DNA from: Heterodontus francisci
Lineage: Eukaryota
DNA: 64,000 nt
Assembly: GCF_036365525.1 (NCBI RefSeq)
Contig: NC_090415.1
Span: 13,082,001 to 13,146,000, forward strand
Direction of reading: 5' to 3'
Program-made: the position numbers and the translations under genes
The notes under the pieces: model-generated
What the model was told of the DNA's origin: nothing
The model's database searches: none
The model's input: only the letters and a program-made list of their open reading frames with translations
Shown: positions 1 to 10,459 of the stretch, piece by piece
How the letters are laid out: each line of letters opens with the position of its first letter
Position numbering within the stretch: the stretch's first letter is position 1

Positions 1-798
1 GGCAAATGCGAGGTGATGCATTTTGGAAGATCCAATTCAAGAGTGAATTATACAGTAAATGGAAAAGTCCTGGGGAAAATTGATGTACAGAGAGACTTGG
101 GTGTTCAGGTCCATTGTTCCCTGAAGGTGGCAAAGCAGGTCAATAGGGTGGTCAAGAAGGCATACGGCATGCTTTCCTTCATCGGACGGGGTATTGAGTA
201 CAAGGGTTGGCAGGTCATGTTACAGTTGTCTAAGACTTTGGTTCGGCCACATTTGGAATACTGCGTGCAGTTCTGGTCGCCACATTACCAAAAGGATGTA
301 GATGCTTTGGAGAGGGTGCAGAGGAGGTTCACCAGGATGTTGCCTGGTATGGAGGGCGTTAGCTATGAAGAGAGGTTGAGCAGATTAGGATTATTTTCAT
401 TAGAAAGACGGAGGTTGAGGGGGGACCTGATTGAGGTGTACAAAATCATGAGAGGAATAGACAGGGTGGATAGCAAGAAGCTTTTTCCCCAGAGTGGGGG
501 ACTCAATTACTAGGGGTCACAAGTTCAAAGTGAGAGGAGAAAAGTTTAGGGGGGATATGCGTGGAAAATTCTTTACACAGAGGGTGGTGGGTGCCTGGAA
601 TGTGTTGCCAGCGGAGGTGGTAGACGCGGGCACGATAGCGTCTTTTAAGATGTATCTAGACAGATACATGAATGGGCAGGAAGCAAAGAGATACAGACCC
701 TAAGAAAATAGGCGACATGTTTAGATAGAGGATCTGGATCGGCGCAGGCTTGGAGGGCCGAAGGGCCTGTTCCTGTGCTGTAATTTTCTTTGTTCTTT
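1..798 (+). mobile_element. CR1-clade LINE, 3' part of ORF2 (RT C-terminus) and 3' tail
   Basis: ORFs 13-513 and 494-703 have CR1 motifs (LVRPHLEYCVQFWSP, LERVQRRFTRM, FFTQRVVGAWN). Tail is CCTGTTCCTGTGCTGTAATTTTCTTTGTTCTTT. Confidence 0.9.
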
Positions 799-919
799 GA
801 GTGGGGCAAATGCGAGCATTGAAGTGCAAGTCCTTATCTCCATGTAGCGTGCCAAATAAGGTTGGTCAGCTGCAGTCAAAAGTAACCACATGAAAGATTT
901 ATATGACAGCGCTTCTGAT

Positions 920-1995
920 ATGTCTTCCTTTTTCCTCAACCGAGGATACCCATGTCCTCCCTTTCCACCCCATCAGCCTCCACATCCAAAGAATCATCCT
1001 CCGCCATTTCTGCCACCTCCAGCGTGATGCCACTACCAAATACATCTTCCCCTCCCTTCCCCTGTCAGCATTCCGAAGGGATCATTCCCTCCGCGACACC
1101 CTGGTCCACTCCTCCATTACCCCCACCACCTTGTCCCCTTCACATGGCACCTTCCCCTGCAATCACAGGAGATGTAATACCTGCCCATTTTACTCCTCTC
1201 TACTCACAATCCCAGGCCCCAAACACTCCTTTCGAGTGAAGCAGCGATTTACTTGTACTTCTTTCAATATGGTATACTGTATTCGCTGCTCACAATGTGG
1301 TCTCCTCTACATTGGGGAGACCAAACATATAATGGGTGACCGCTTTGCGTAACACCTCCGCTCAGTCCGAAAGCATGACCCCGAGCTTCCGGTTGCTTGT
1401 CATTACAACACTACCCCCTGCTTACATCTCTGTCCTGGGATTGCTGCAGTGTTCCAGTGAACATCAAGGTAAGCTCGAGGTACAGCATCTCATTTACTGA
1501 TTAGGCACAATGCAACCTGCCAGACTGAGCATTGAGTTCAATAATTTCAGAGCATGACGGGCCCCCCAATTTACTTTTATTTTTAATTATTCTTTCCTTT
1601 TTATCTTTATTTTTATCTTTATTTTATTTTATATCACCTCAGTTGGTTCAGTTTGCTTACCCACTTTTTTTTCATATTTGTACTTGCGGCTGTTCAATTT
1701 TCATCCATTAACACCCTATCTGTACGAATGCTTTGTCTTTCAACACACCATTAACATAATGTTTGCCTTTGTTCCATGACCTTCTGGTCAGCTATTCTGT
1801 GACATTTCCCTTTCTACACCTTCTCCCATGTTATCTCTTGCCCCACCCCCGCTTTACTTGCTTAAAACCTTTCACATTTCTAATATTTACCAGTTCTGAA
1901 GAAGGGTCACTGACCTGAAATGTTAACTCTGCTTCTCTCTCCACAAATGCTGCCAAACCAGCTGAGTATATCCAGCATTTCTTGTTTTCATTATG
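920..1995 (+). mobile_element. Penelope-like element, 3' part (GIY-YIG endonuclease remnant plus terminal repeat)
   Basis: ORF 903-1352 has C-x3-C-x2-C followed by FTCTSFNMVYCIRCSQCGLLYIGETK, the PLE GIY-YIG signature. Premature stop at 1352. Confidence 0.85.
1892..1928 (+). ncRNA. Minimal type I hammerhead ribozyme motif in Penelope terminal repeat (CpG-decayed stem III)
   Basis: AGTT-CTGAAGA-A-GGGTCACTGACCT-GAAA-TG-TT-AACT. Stem I is AGTT/AACT. Confidence 0.6.
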
Positions 1996-2559
1996 AAAGA
2001 TTTATATCGTGACCATTACATAATTCTGGCTGAAACTAGGCAAGGCAAGGGAACTTATTATTACTGGCGACAAATATTCAGGAAAGACAGGTCTGAAAAA
2101 ATATGGAGGGTTGTGGAGTTGAAATAATTGATCAAATATAATATGATAACACTGGCAGGGATGATGTTTTTGAGGTGTTAACAAAAGCATCTATTTGGTC
2201 ACATATGTGGAATATGGCAGGAGGAAATGCATGGACATTCTGGGGCGCGAAATATTTGTCCTTCCCTGCCGGACATGTGAGTGTGGGATTCATTCTGTGC
2301 CCATCAGTATGTGATATTTACCCGTGGCCTTTACTCCATATCTGTCAATCTATGGTCAATGATTTGGTCATTTCATTCAATAATTTTAATCTTCAATAGA
2401 TGATTCTGTTTTATTTTTCTCTGTAACATTCAGTTTCTAAATGGGTGATGATGGGTTTTGTCTCTTAGTTTTATGCTCCTATCTATACTACTTAATACAC
2501 AACTATTCTTTTGCACCTGAAAAGCTTGGATAGATGACTCTGGATTGTGTTCTGTAAGT

Positions 2560-2900
2560 AAGGGGTTGTTCTCCTTGGAGAAATGGAGATTGAGAGGAGG
2601 TTTGATAGAGGTGTATATAAGTTAGACAAGGATAACCTGTTCCCATTAGCTGATGGTACAAGGACTAGGAGACACAGACTGATGGTTTATTGCAAGAGAT
2701 GGAAGGGAATGTGGGGAAGAACTTTTTATGTTTTACCTGCTGGACCTCGCTGTCCACAAGTGTGGTGGAAGGAGAGAGAATCAATGATTTCAATAAGAAA
2801 CTGGATAAGCACTTGAAGGAAACAAACTTGCTGCAGGGCGAAGCTGATCAAGCAAGGAAGTGAATCTGATTGGATGTTGAGAATATTTTGGAAGCTTTCT
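2560..2900 (+). mobile_element. Old, degenerate CR1 3' fragment
   Basis: Translates to GLFSLE...DKDNLFPLADGTRTRRHRL, similar to the CR1 ORF2 C-terminus. Confidence 0.6.
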
Positions 2901-3289
2901 TTCTGAATTTGCATTGACATTTTTAAGCTGCAAAATTCCACAGCACACTTGACCATCAACTTTAAGGGAGAAGAACATGAAGTTGAGAATATTTGTCGAC
3001 TTCAATTCAGTCATGGCTTTTCATTTGTGACATTCTATGGCAAGGTTGCAGAAATATATTTGACCGCGAGTGGGCATTGCGATGACCGGGAATCTAATCT
3101 GGGTCAATTGTTTGGAAGGCAGATATCCTCACCACTATACCAGCATCGCTGGCATACATGTAGCTCGTCATTTATACAGTATACACACCAGAGCTCATTG
3201 GAACTCAAATGTCATTTCAAACATTTCAATCTGCACCTTAACACCACGTTCATGTTCCCATTGGAGGATAGAATCATGGAATGGTTACA

Positions 3290-3520
3290 AACATCTCCTA
3301 GAAACCGACAAAATTCTAACAGGACTGGACAGACTAGATGTAGGAAGGATGTTCCTGATGGTGGGGGAGGCCAGGACCAGGGGTGACAGTCTAAAGATAA
3401 GGGGTAAGACATTTAGGACTGAGATGAGGAGGGATTTCTTCACCCAGGAAATGGTGAACCTGTGGAATTCTCTACCATAGAAAAGAGTTGAGGCCAAATT
3501 ATTAAATAAATTCATAAAAG
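3290..3520 (+). mobile_element. CR1 3' fragment
   Basis: ILTGLDRLDVGRMFLMVGEARTRG...FFTQEMVNLWNSLP. Confidence 0.75.
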
Positions 3521-3629
3521 AGTTTGTACTACTGGATTCGGGCATTTAGATGCTCATCAGATGAAATGCATTTTAATTTCCTCTTATATTTGTAAGGCTT
3601 TTTTTTTACAGTACTACCTTTTAGGGCCA

Positions 3630-3957
3630 CACAGTGATGAACACCGCAAACTCACAGCCACAGCGACCAGGGTTCAGTTCTGGGTACTGCCTGTGCGGAG
3701 TTTGCAAGTTCTCCCTGTGAATGCTTGGGTTTCCGCCTTGTGCTCCGGTTTGCTCCCACAGCCAAACACTTGCAGGTTGATAGGTAAATTGGCAATCGTA
3801 AATTGCCCCTAGTACAGGTAGGAGAATTGAGGGAAGATAGGAATGTGGTAGGGAATATGGGATTAATATAGGAATAGTATGAATGGGTGGTTGATGGTCG
3901 GCACAGACTCAGTGGGCCGAAGGGCCTGTTTCAGTGCTGTATCACTCTCTGACTCTA
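3630..3957 (+). mobile_element. tRNA-derived SINE with CR1-like tail (HE1/V-SINE-like)
   Basis: Box-B-like GGGTTCAGTTC, core GGAGTTTGCAAGTTCTCCCTGTG, tail GGGCCGAAGGGCCTGTTTCAGTGCTGTATC. Five further copies occur in the window. The family name is an inference. Confidence 0.75.
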
Positions 3958-4407
3958 TGTACTACTAAAGCGTGTCTTTAGTTCTCAAATGATCGCCGCT
4001 TATTTCAAAAGGGATCAAAGGATACGCGGACAAAGCGAGAACAGGGTACTGAGTTTGGATGCTCAGCCATGATCATATTGACTGGCGGTGCAGGCTCGAA
4101 GCGCGGAATGGCTTACTCCTGCTCCAATGTTTCTATGTTTCTATTAAGTTGGTTATTCGGCCCGTCGTGTCGTGGCCGGGTCTCTGCAAGACCAGCTCAC
4201 CTCCTCCCACCGACCCGCCTTTTCTCCATTGCTCTGCAGTTTTGTTTTATTCTTGATATAATTATCCAATTCTGTTTTCAGGGTCTCGATTGAATCTGCC
4301 CCCAACACACTCGATGTTATTCCTCTCCAATTTCAGATATTTCTGAAGGAATGGGAATATTCTTGCATGACTCACTTTTAACCAGTAGATGGCATCAGTC
4401 TACAATC

Positions 4408-4590
4408 ATTTGGATCTTGTGATTTGTGTACACACATATCGACCGCAATGGGTCTGCTGCTGCCCGGGGAGTTCTCCAAGCACGCCGCCTTGGCAGGGAC
4501 AAAAACACTGACGAATTATCCCAGTTCCTTGTAGATCTCCACAATGTACAGAAATAAAACACGAAACGCAACATCTCTTTTAAAATCCGC
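4408..4590 (+). pseudogene. Histone H2B C-terminal remnant with decayed stem-loop
   Basis: Reads TAMGLLLPG(fs)EFSKHAALAGTKTLTNYPSSL* versus [30 protein letters not shown]. Ruined stem-loop ATCTCTTTTAAAATCC follows. Confidence 0.75.
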
Positions 4591-4625
4591 CTTCAGCTTC
4601 TTTGAAACAACTGCCCTGAAAAAAT

Positions 4626-4715
4626 AAACTGACCCTGCCCGGAACTGAGTTTGGCATCAGATAACACAACGACTCTTCAAAGAGACATCAAATTGGCAAA
4701 AGATAGAGCTTTTAT
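4626..4715 (+). pseudogene. Orphan H3 stop codon plus 3' UTR (coding sequence absent)
   Basis: TAAACTGACCCTGCCC...CACAACGACTCTTCAAAGAGAC matches the H3 3' UTR at 30502-30563. The stem-loop is mutated. Confidence 0.8.
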
Positions 4716-5117
4716 CTCTTGTTGATTCCAGCACATAAACGTCTCAGAAGGATTTGACCACCCTCTTGACTGTCCACTGATAACTCTCGAAGCAGAGTGA
4801 CCCAGATTTCTTTGTCTCCATATAGTAGCTGGGAACTTCAGGACCTTGCAGTTCTCAGTGTGAGAGCAGTGACACCATTGTATACAAGACATTTTATCAG
4901 AGTTGCTCATTTTAGAACTCAAGACACGCCTTAGTGGTATATAAACGGTAGAATTGTAAAAAAGCCTTACAAATATGGCAAGAGAAAATTAAAATGCATT
5001 CCATCTGATGAGCAGATAAATGCTTGACTCCAGTACAATTCATAGCAACACAAAATAACGCGAACAGTATAACATTACCGTCTCTCAGTAACCAGCCCTT
5101 TCACAGATGAAGTGGGT

Positions 5118-5133
5118 GGCTCTGAAAAGAGCC
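5118..5133 (-). other. Histone 3' stem-loop of H2A, with downstream element
   Basis: GGCTCTTTTCAGAGCC-ACCCA on the minus strand. Purine-rich GAAAGGGCTG lies about 15 nt downstream. Confidence 0.95.
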
Positions 5134-5163
5134 TTTGGGTTGTCAAATTCAGGTCTGGCAGCT

Positions 5164-5778
<615 letters not shown>

Positions 5779-6495
5779 TCAAATTTGAAAAGCCCGCCAA
5801 TATATTGGGGCGGCTTCAATATAGAATATCACATTTATAGTTCTTTTTTTAAGGTTAAATAAATAAAACCTTTTTCATATTGTGTTATTCTACATTTGGT
5901 AACAAGTTCCAGATTGGCTTTTACATTCTGACATCTATTCGGGTTTACTCTCTGTCCTTTTTGAAACCAGCGAGCAGAAAGTCTCTTTCACAACATTCTC
6001 CAACCGGGCACATTTCATGTCAATTTTCATAATAATACCGCATCACTGATGAACGATTGTTTGTTATTCGTGGGAGACAACAGCGGAGTGTAGATTTTCA
6101 GTGTCAGGTGTCAGCGTGTGAGACGGAGGGTTCCGACACCACCGGGGGTTCGAGATAATGTAATTATTAATTTTTGAGGTCAAACTTGAACGAGGGAAAT
6201 TAGTGACTGCGAACTGATGTATGTGCGTTAAATCAGCTTTTATTGTCGAAATACAGAAAAGGGGCCGAATATGAACACGTCCGAGAACAAACCTCACAAA
6301 TGGTCAGTGGTCAGTAATTTATGTACGGGACATTATTGGTTAGAGACAGAAAGATCGCACGGGCAGTGAAACTGCATTAACCAGAATCTATGGGAGTAAA
6401 ACAGAGATCACAAAGGCAAGGACACTTGATATATAAATCAATATAAGTCGATACTATACAGACAATGTTGTAGCTTTTTCAGAGAAGTTGTGGGT

Positions 6496-6511
6496 GGCTC
6501 TTAAAAGAGCC
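6496..6511 (-). other. Histone 3' stem-loop of H2B
   Basis: GGCTCTTTTAAGAGCC-ACCCA, then GAAAAAGCT downstream. Confidence 0.95.
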
Positions 6512-6550
6512 TTTTTGTGTTTTGGGTGTGTTTCAGTCCATTGCGGATAT

Positions 6551-6931
6551 TTACTTGGAGCTGGTGTACTTGGTGACCGCCTTTGTACCTTCCGACACGG
6601 CGTGTTTGGCCAGCTCCCCGGGCAGCAGCAGGCGCACGGCGGTCTGGATCTCCCGGGAGCTGATGGTGCTGCGTTTGTTGTAATGGGCCAGGCGGGAAGC
6701 CTCACGCGCGATTCGCTCGAAAATATCATTCACAAACGAATTCATGATGCTCATGGCCTTGGAGGAGATGCCGGTGTCAGGGTGAACCTGCTTCATCACT
6801 TTGTACACGTAGATGGAGTAACTTTCTTTCCTGGATTTTCTCCGTTTCTTGCTGCCCTTTGCTGGCGCCTTCTTCAGAACTTTCTTGGCGCCCTTCTTGG
6901 AAGGTGCAACAGTTTTCTTCTCGTCAACCAT
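6551..6931 (-). CDS. H2B: Histone H2B, replication-dependent, 126 aa
   Basis: [14 protein letters not shown]...[26 protein letters not shown]...[10 protein letters not shown], with stem-loop. Confidence 0.97.
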   Translation of the reverse strand: MVDEKKTVAPSKKGAKKVLKKAPAKGSKKRRKSRKESYSIYVYKVMKQVHPDTGISSKAMSIMNSFVNDIFERIAREASRLAHYNKRSTISSREIQTAVRLLLPGELAKHAVSEGTKAVTKYTSSK

Positions 6932-6984
6932 GATCACGATCAACTTCAGACACAGAATAACAGAAATTTCGCTCCAAGCTCGCA

Positions 6985-7116
6985 TTTTATAGACATCCCC
7001 TGAACCCTATGCTGATGAAGGATGGGAGAAGGCCATGTTCATGATTGGCTGGTTTACAATGATGTCACTGCCTGATGTTCTGTATCTATCTGATTGGGCA
7101 TCTAAAGTAACCAATC
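6985..7116 (-). promoter_or_regulatory. H2B promoter: TATA, octamer-like box, CCAAT boxes
   Basis: TATAAAA at 6985-6991. CTTCATCAGCATAG at about 7007-7020 sits where the H2B octamer box is expected. CCAAT motifs at about 7044, 7093 and 7111. Confidence 0.75.
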
Positions 7117-7499
7117 ACATTTTGTGCTTCTCACAGCCACTAACTGTCGCAGCAGTCAGATCGTCCAAACCCCTTTGCCCGCCCTTATCCATCTCCATCA
7201 GTGACTTTCTGAGTCCCTCTTCCTCATCAACCATTTCTATTTTGCTAGTACGAACTCGTCTCTTTTTTCACTCTACGTATAATTTCTCTATAGTTCCCTT
7301 CCTTATCAGGATGTAGCGCCCCTCTGTACTTCCGTCCATCAACAGGACCGAATCGTCCAGTATAGTGGGGGTCAGAGTGGGGCAAATGCGAGCATTGAAG
7401 TGCAAGTCCTTATCTCCATGTAGCGTGCCAAATAAGGTTGGTCAGCTGCAGTCACAAGTAACCACATGAAAGATTTATATGACAGCGCTTCTGATATGT

Positions 7500-8580
7500 C
7501 TTCCTTTTTCCTCAACCGAGGATACCCTTGTCCTCACTTTCCACCCCATCAGCCTCCACATCCAAAGAATCATCCTCCGCCATTTCTGCCACCTCCAGCG
7601 TGATGCCACTGCCAAATACATCTTCCCCTCCCTTCCCGTCAGCATTCCGAAGGGATCATTCCCTCTGCGACACCCGGGTCCACTCCTCCATTACCCCCAC
7701 CACCTTGTCCCCTTCCCACGTCACCTTCCCCTGCAAACACAGGAGGTGTAATACCAGCCCCTTTACCTCCTCTCTTCTCACAATCCCAGGCCCCAAGCAC
7801 TCCTTTCGAGTGAAGCAGCGATTTACTTGTACTTCTTTCAATTTAGTATACTGTATTCGCTGCTCACAAAGTGGTCTCCTCTACATTGGGGAGACCAAAC
7901 GCATACTGGGTGACCGCTTTGCACAACACTTCTGCTCAGTCTGAACGCATGACCCCGAGCTTCCGGTTGCTTGTCATTTCAACACTCCCCCCTGCTCTCA
8001 TGCTCATATCTCTGTCCTGGGATTGCTGCAGTGTTCCAGGGAACATCAATGCAAGCTCGAGGAACAGCATCTCATTTACTGATTAGGCACAATACAGCCT
8101 GCCAGACTGAGCATTGAGTTCAATAATTTCAGAGCATGACTGGCCCCCCATTTTACTTTTATTTTTAGTTATTCTTTCTTATTTATATTTATTTTTCTGT
8201 TTATTTTATTTTATATCATCTTAGTTGGTACAGTTTGCTTACCCACTTTTTTTTCCATGTTGGTACTTGTGGCTATTCAAATTTCATCCATTAACACCCT
8301 ATCTGTATGAATGCTTTGTCTTTCAACACGCTATTAACATAATGTTTGCCTTTGCTCCATGACCTTCTGGTCAGCTATTCTGTGACGTTGTCCTTTCTAC
8401 ACCTTCTCCTTTGTTATCTCGTGCCCCACCTCCGCTTTACTTCCTTAAAACATTTCACATTTCTAATATTTACCAGTTCTGAAGAAGGGTCACTGACCTG
8501 AAACGTTAACTCTGCTACTCTCTCCACAGATGCTGCCAAACCAGCTGAGTTTATACAGCATTTCTTGTTTTTATTATGAA
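7500..8580 (+). mobile_element. Penelope-like element, 3' part (paralog of 920-1995)
   Basis: ORF 7528-7944 has FTCTSFNLVYCIRCSQSGLLYIGETKRILGDRFAQH. Confidence 0.85.
8475..8511 (+). ncRNA. Minimal type I hammerhead ribozyme motif (intact core)
   Basis: AGTT-CTGAAGA-A-GGGTCACTGACCT-GAAA-CG-T-T-AACT. Palindromic AACGTT replaces stem III. Predicted cleavage is after 8507. Confidence 0.7.
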
Positions 8581-8849
8581 AGATTTATATAGTGGCAATT
8601 ACATAATTCTGGCTGAACTTGGTGAGACAAGGGAACTTATTATTACTGGCAACAAATATTCAGGAAAGATAGGCCTGAAAAAATAAGGAGGGTTGTGGAG
8701 CGGAAAGAACTGATCAAATATAATATGATAACACTGGCAGGGATGACGTTTTGAGGTGTTAACAAAAGAATCTATTTGGTCATATATGCGGAATATGGCA
8801 GGAGGAAATGCATGGACATTCTGAGTCGTGAAATGTTTGTCCTTCCCTG

Positions 8850-9800
8850 CAGGACATGTGAGTGTGGGATTCATTCTATGCCTCTCAGTATGTGATATTT
8901 ACCTGTGGCTTTTACTCTACGTCTGTCAAACTGATTTCATTCAATAATTTCAATCTTCAATCGGTGATTCTGTTTTTTTTTCTCTGTAACATTCAGTTTC
9001 TAAATGGGTGATTATGGGTTTTGTTCTGTACCTATGTACTTCTACTGAGTGAGTGTGGGTTTTGTTATGTATCTGTTAATATCTGCTTTTGGAGTATGGG
9101 CATTTCTCTTTATCTGTCAATTTCTGAATTGTGAATTTGGATTTTAATCTGCACCTGTCAGTTTCTGGTATGAAAGGTTGTTTGGTTTTGTCTCTGTATC
9201 TGTTAGTAAGTGACATTTTTGTGTAGCTTTACACAGCACATGTTAATTGATGACACACCAGCGTTGTTTTCACTCGACATGTCAGTCTCTGTTTTGGAGA
9301 CCTCAACTGTGTTCTGTATCCATCAGATGTCTACATATAAGGATGGGTTTTAACCTGTTTCTTTCAATCTGTTGTATGTAAGTACTGTTTATTATCTGTA
9401 TCTGTAAGTTTCTGATGAACGAATGTGGACTGTATCGTCTCCCTGTCAGTGGTTCATTAAGAGATATTTTACAAGGTACCTGCCAGTTCTGATATGTGAG
9501 TGTGGGTTGTGATCTACATCTGGCCGTTTCTGGTACGAGAAATGAACAGTGTTTTCACTCTGTGTACATTAGCCTCAAGTGTCAGAAGTTGGGTTTGGAC
9601 GTACATCTCACTCTCTGCTGTATGATTGTGGATTTACATCTGTACAAGTTAGTTTCTGATACGGGCGTGTGAATTTTATTCTGTATGCCAATTTCTGGTA
9701 TGTGAGTGTGTGTTCTTTCTATCCTGTCACTTTCTGTTGAACTGCATGATGGATTCGCTTTGGATCTGTGAATTTCTGCTATGTGAATGTTGGCTTTCCT
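8850..9800 (+). repeat. Decayed ~40-bp T-rich tandem repeat
   Basis: Recurring variants of TCTGTACCTGTCAGTTTCTGGTATGTGAGTGTGGGTTTTA. Confidence 0.6.
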
Positions 9801-9809
9801 TTACGTTTG

Positions 9810-10415
9810 TCATAGAGTTATACAGCACAGAAACAGGCCCTTTGGCCCATTGTGTCTCTGCCTCCCATCAAGCATGAATCTATTCGAATCACATTTTCCA
9901 GCACTTGGCCCATAGTCTTGTATGCTATGACGTTTCAAGTGTTCATCTAAATCCTTCTCAAATGCTATGAGGGGTCCTGACTCTACCAGCCCTTCAGGTA
10001 GTGTGTTCCAGATTCCAACCACACTCTGCGTGAAATATTTTCTCCTCAAGTCCCCTCTAAACCTGCTGCCCATTATTAAATCTATCTCCCCTGGTTGTTG
10101 ATCCCTCCGCTGAGGGAAACGTTTTCTTCCTATCTGTACTATCGATGTCCCGTGTAATTTTGTATACCTCAATCAGTTCCCCCCTCAGCCTTCTCTGCTC
10201 CAAGGAAAACAACCCGAGCCTCTCCAGTCTCTCTTCATAACTGAAATGCCACAGCCCAGGAAACATCCTGGTGAATCTCCTCTGCACGCTCTCCATTGCA
10301 ATCACGTCCTTTCTTTGGTGAGTTGACCAGAACTGTACACAGTACTCCAGCTGTGGCCTAACTAGCATTTCATTCAGCTCCCTCATAACCTCCCTGCTCT
10401 TATATTCTCATTCTC
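9810..10415 (-). mobile_element. CR1 3' fragment with tail
   Basis: ORFs 10057-10386 and 9810-10172 (LVRPQLEYCVQFWS, FTQSVVGIWNTLP). Confidence 0.85.
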
Positions 10416-10459
10416 TGGTATTTGAGTTCGTGTCTTTTTATTCTGGTTAGCTGTCACAC

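Larger units (their letters stand above)
7375..9022 (+). repeat. Duplicated block paralogous to 799-2460 (and 59116-60777)
   Basis: Colinear from GAGTGGGGCAAATGCGAG through the Penelope element to ATGGGTTTTG. Confidence 0.9.

Noticed and set aside
5000-5035. CTGATGA-GCA...TGC in the H3-H2A spacer as a possible hammerhead
   Set aside because: No GAAA follows the stem in any of the copies, and the 30866 copy reads CTTATGA.
6120-6160. GGGTTCGAGA B-box-like motif as a possible tRNA
   Set aside because: No A box and no cloverleaf.
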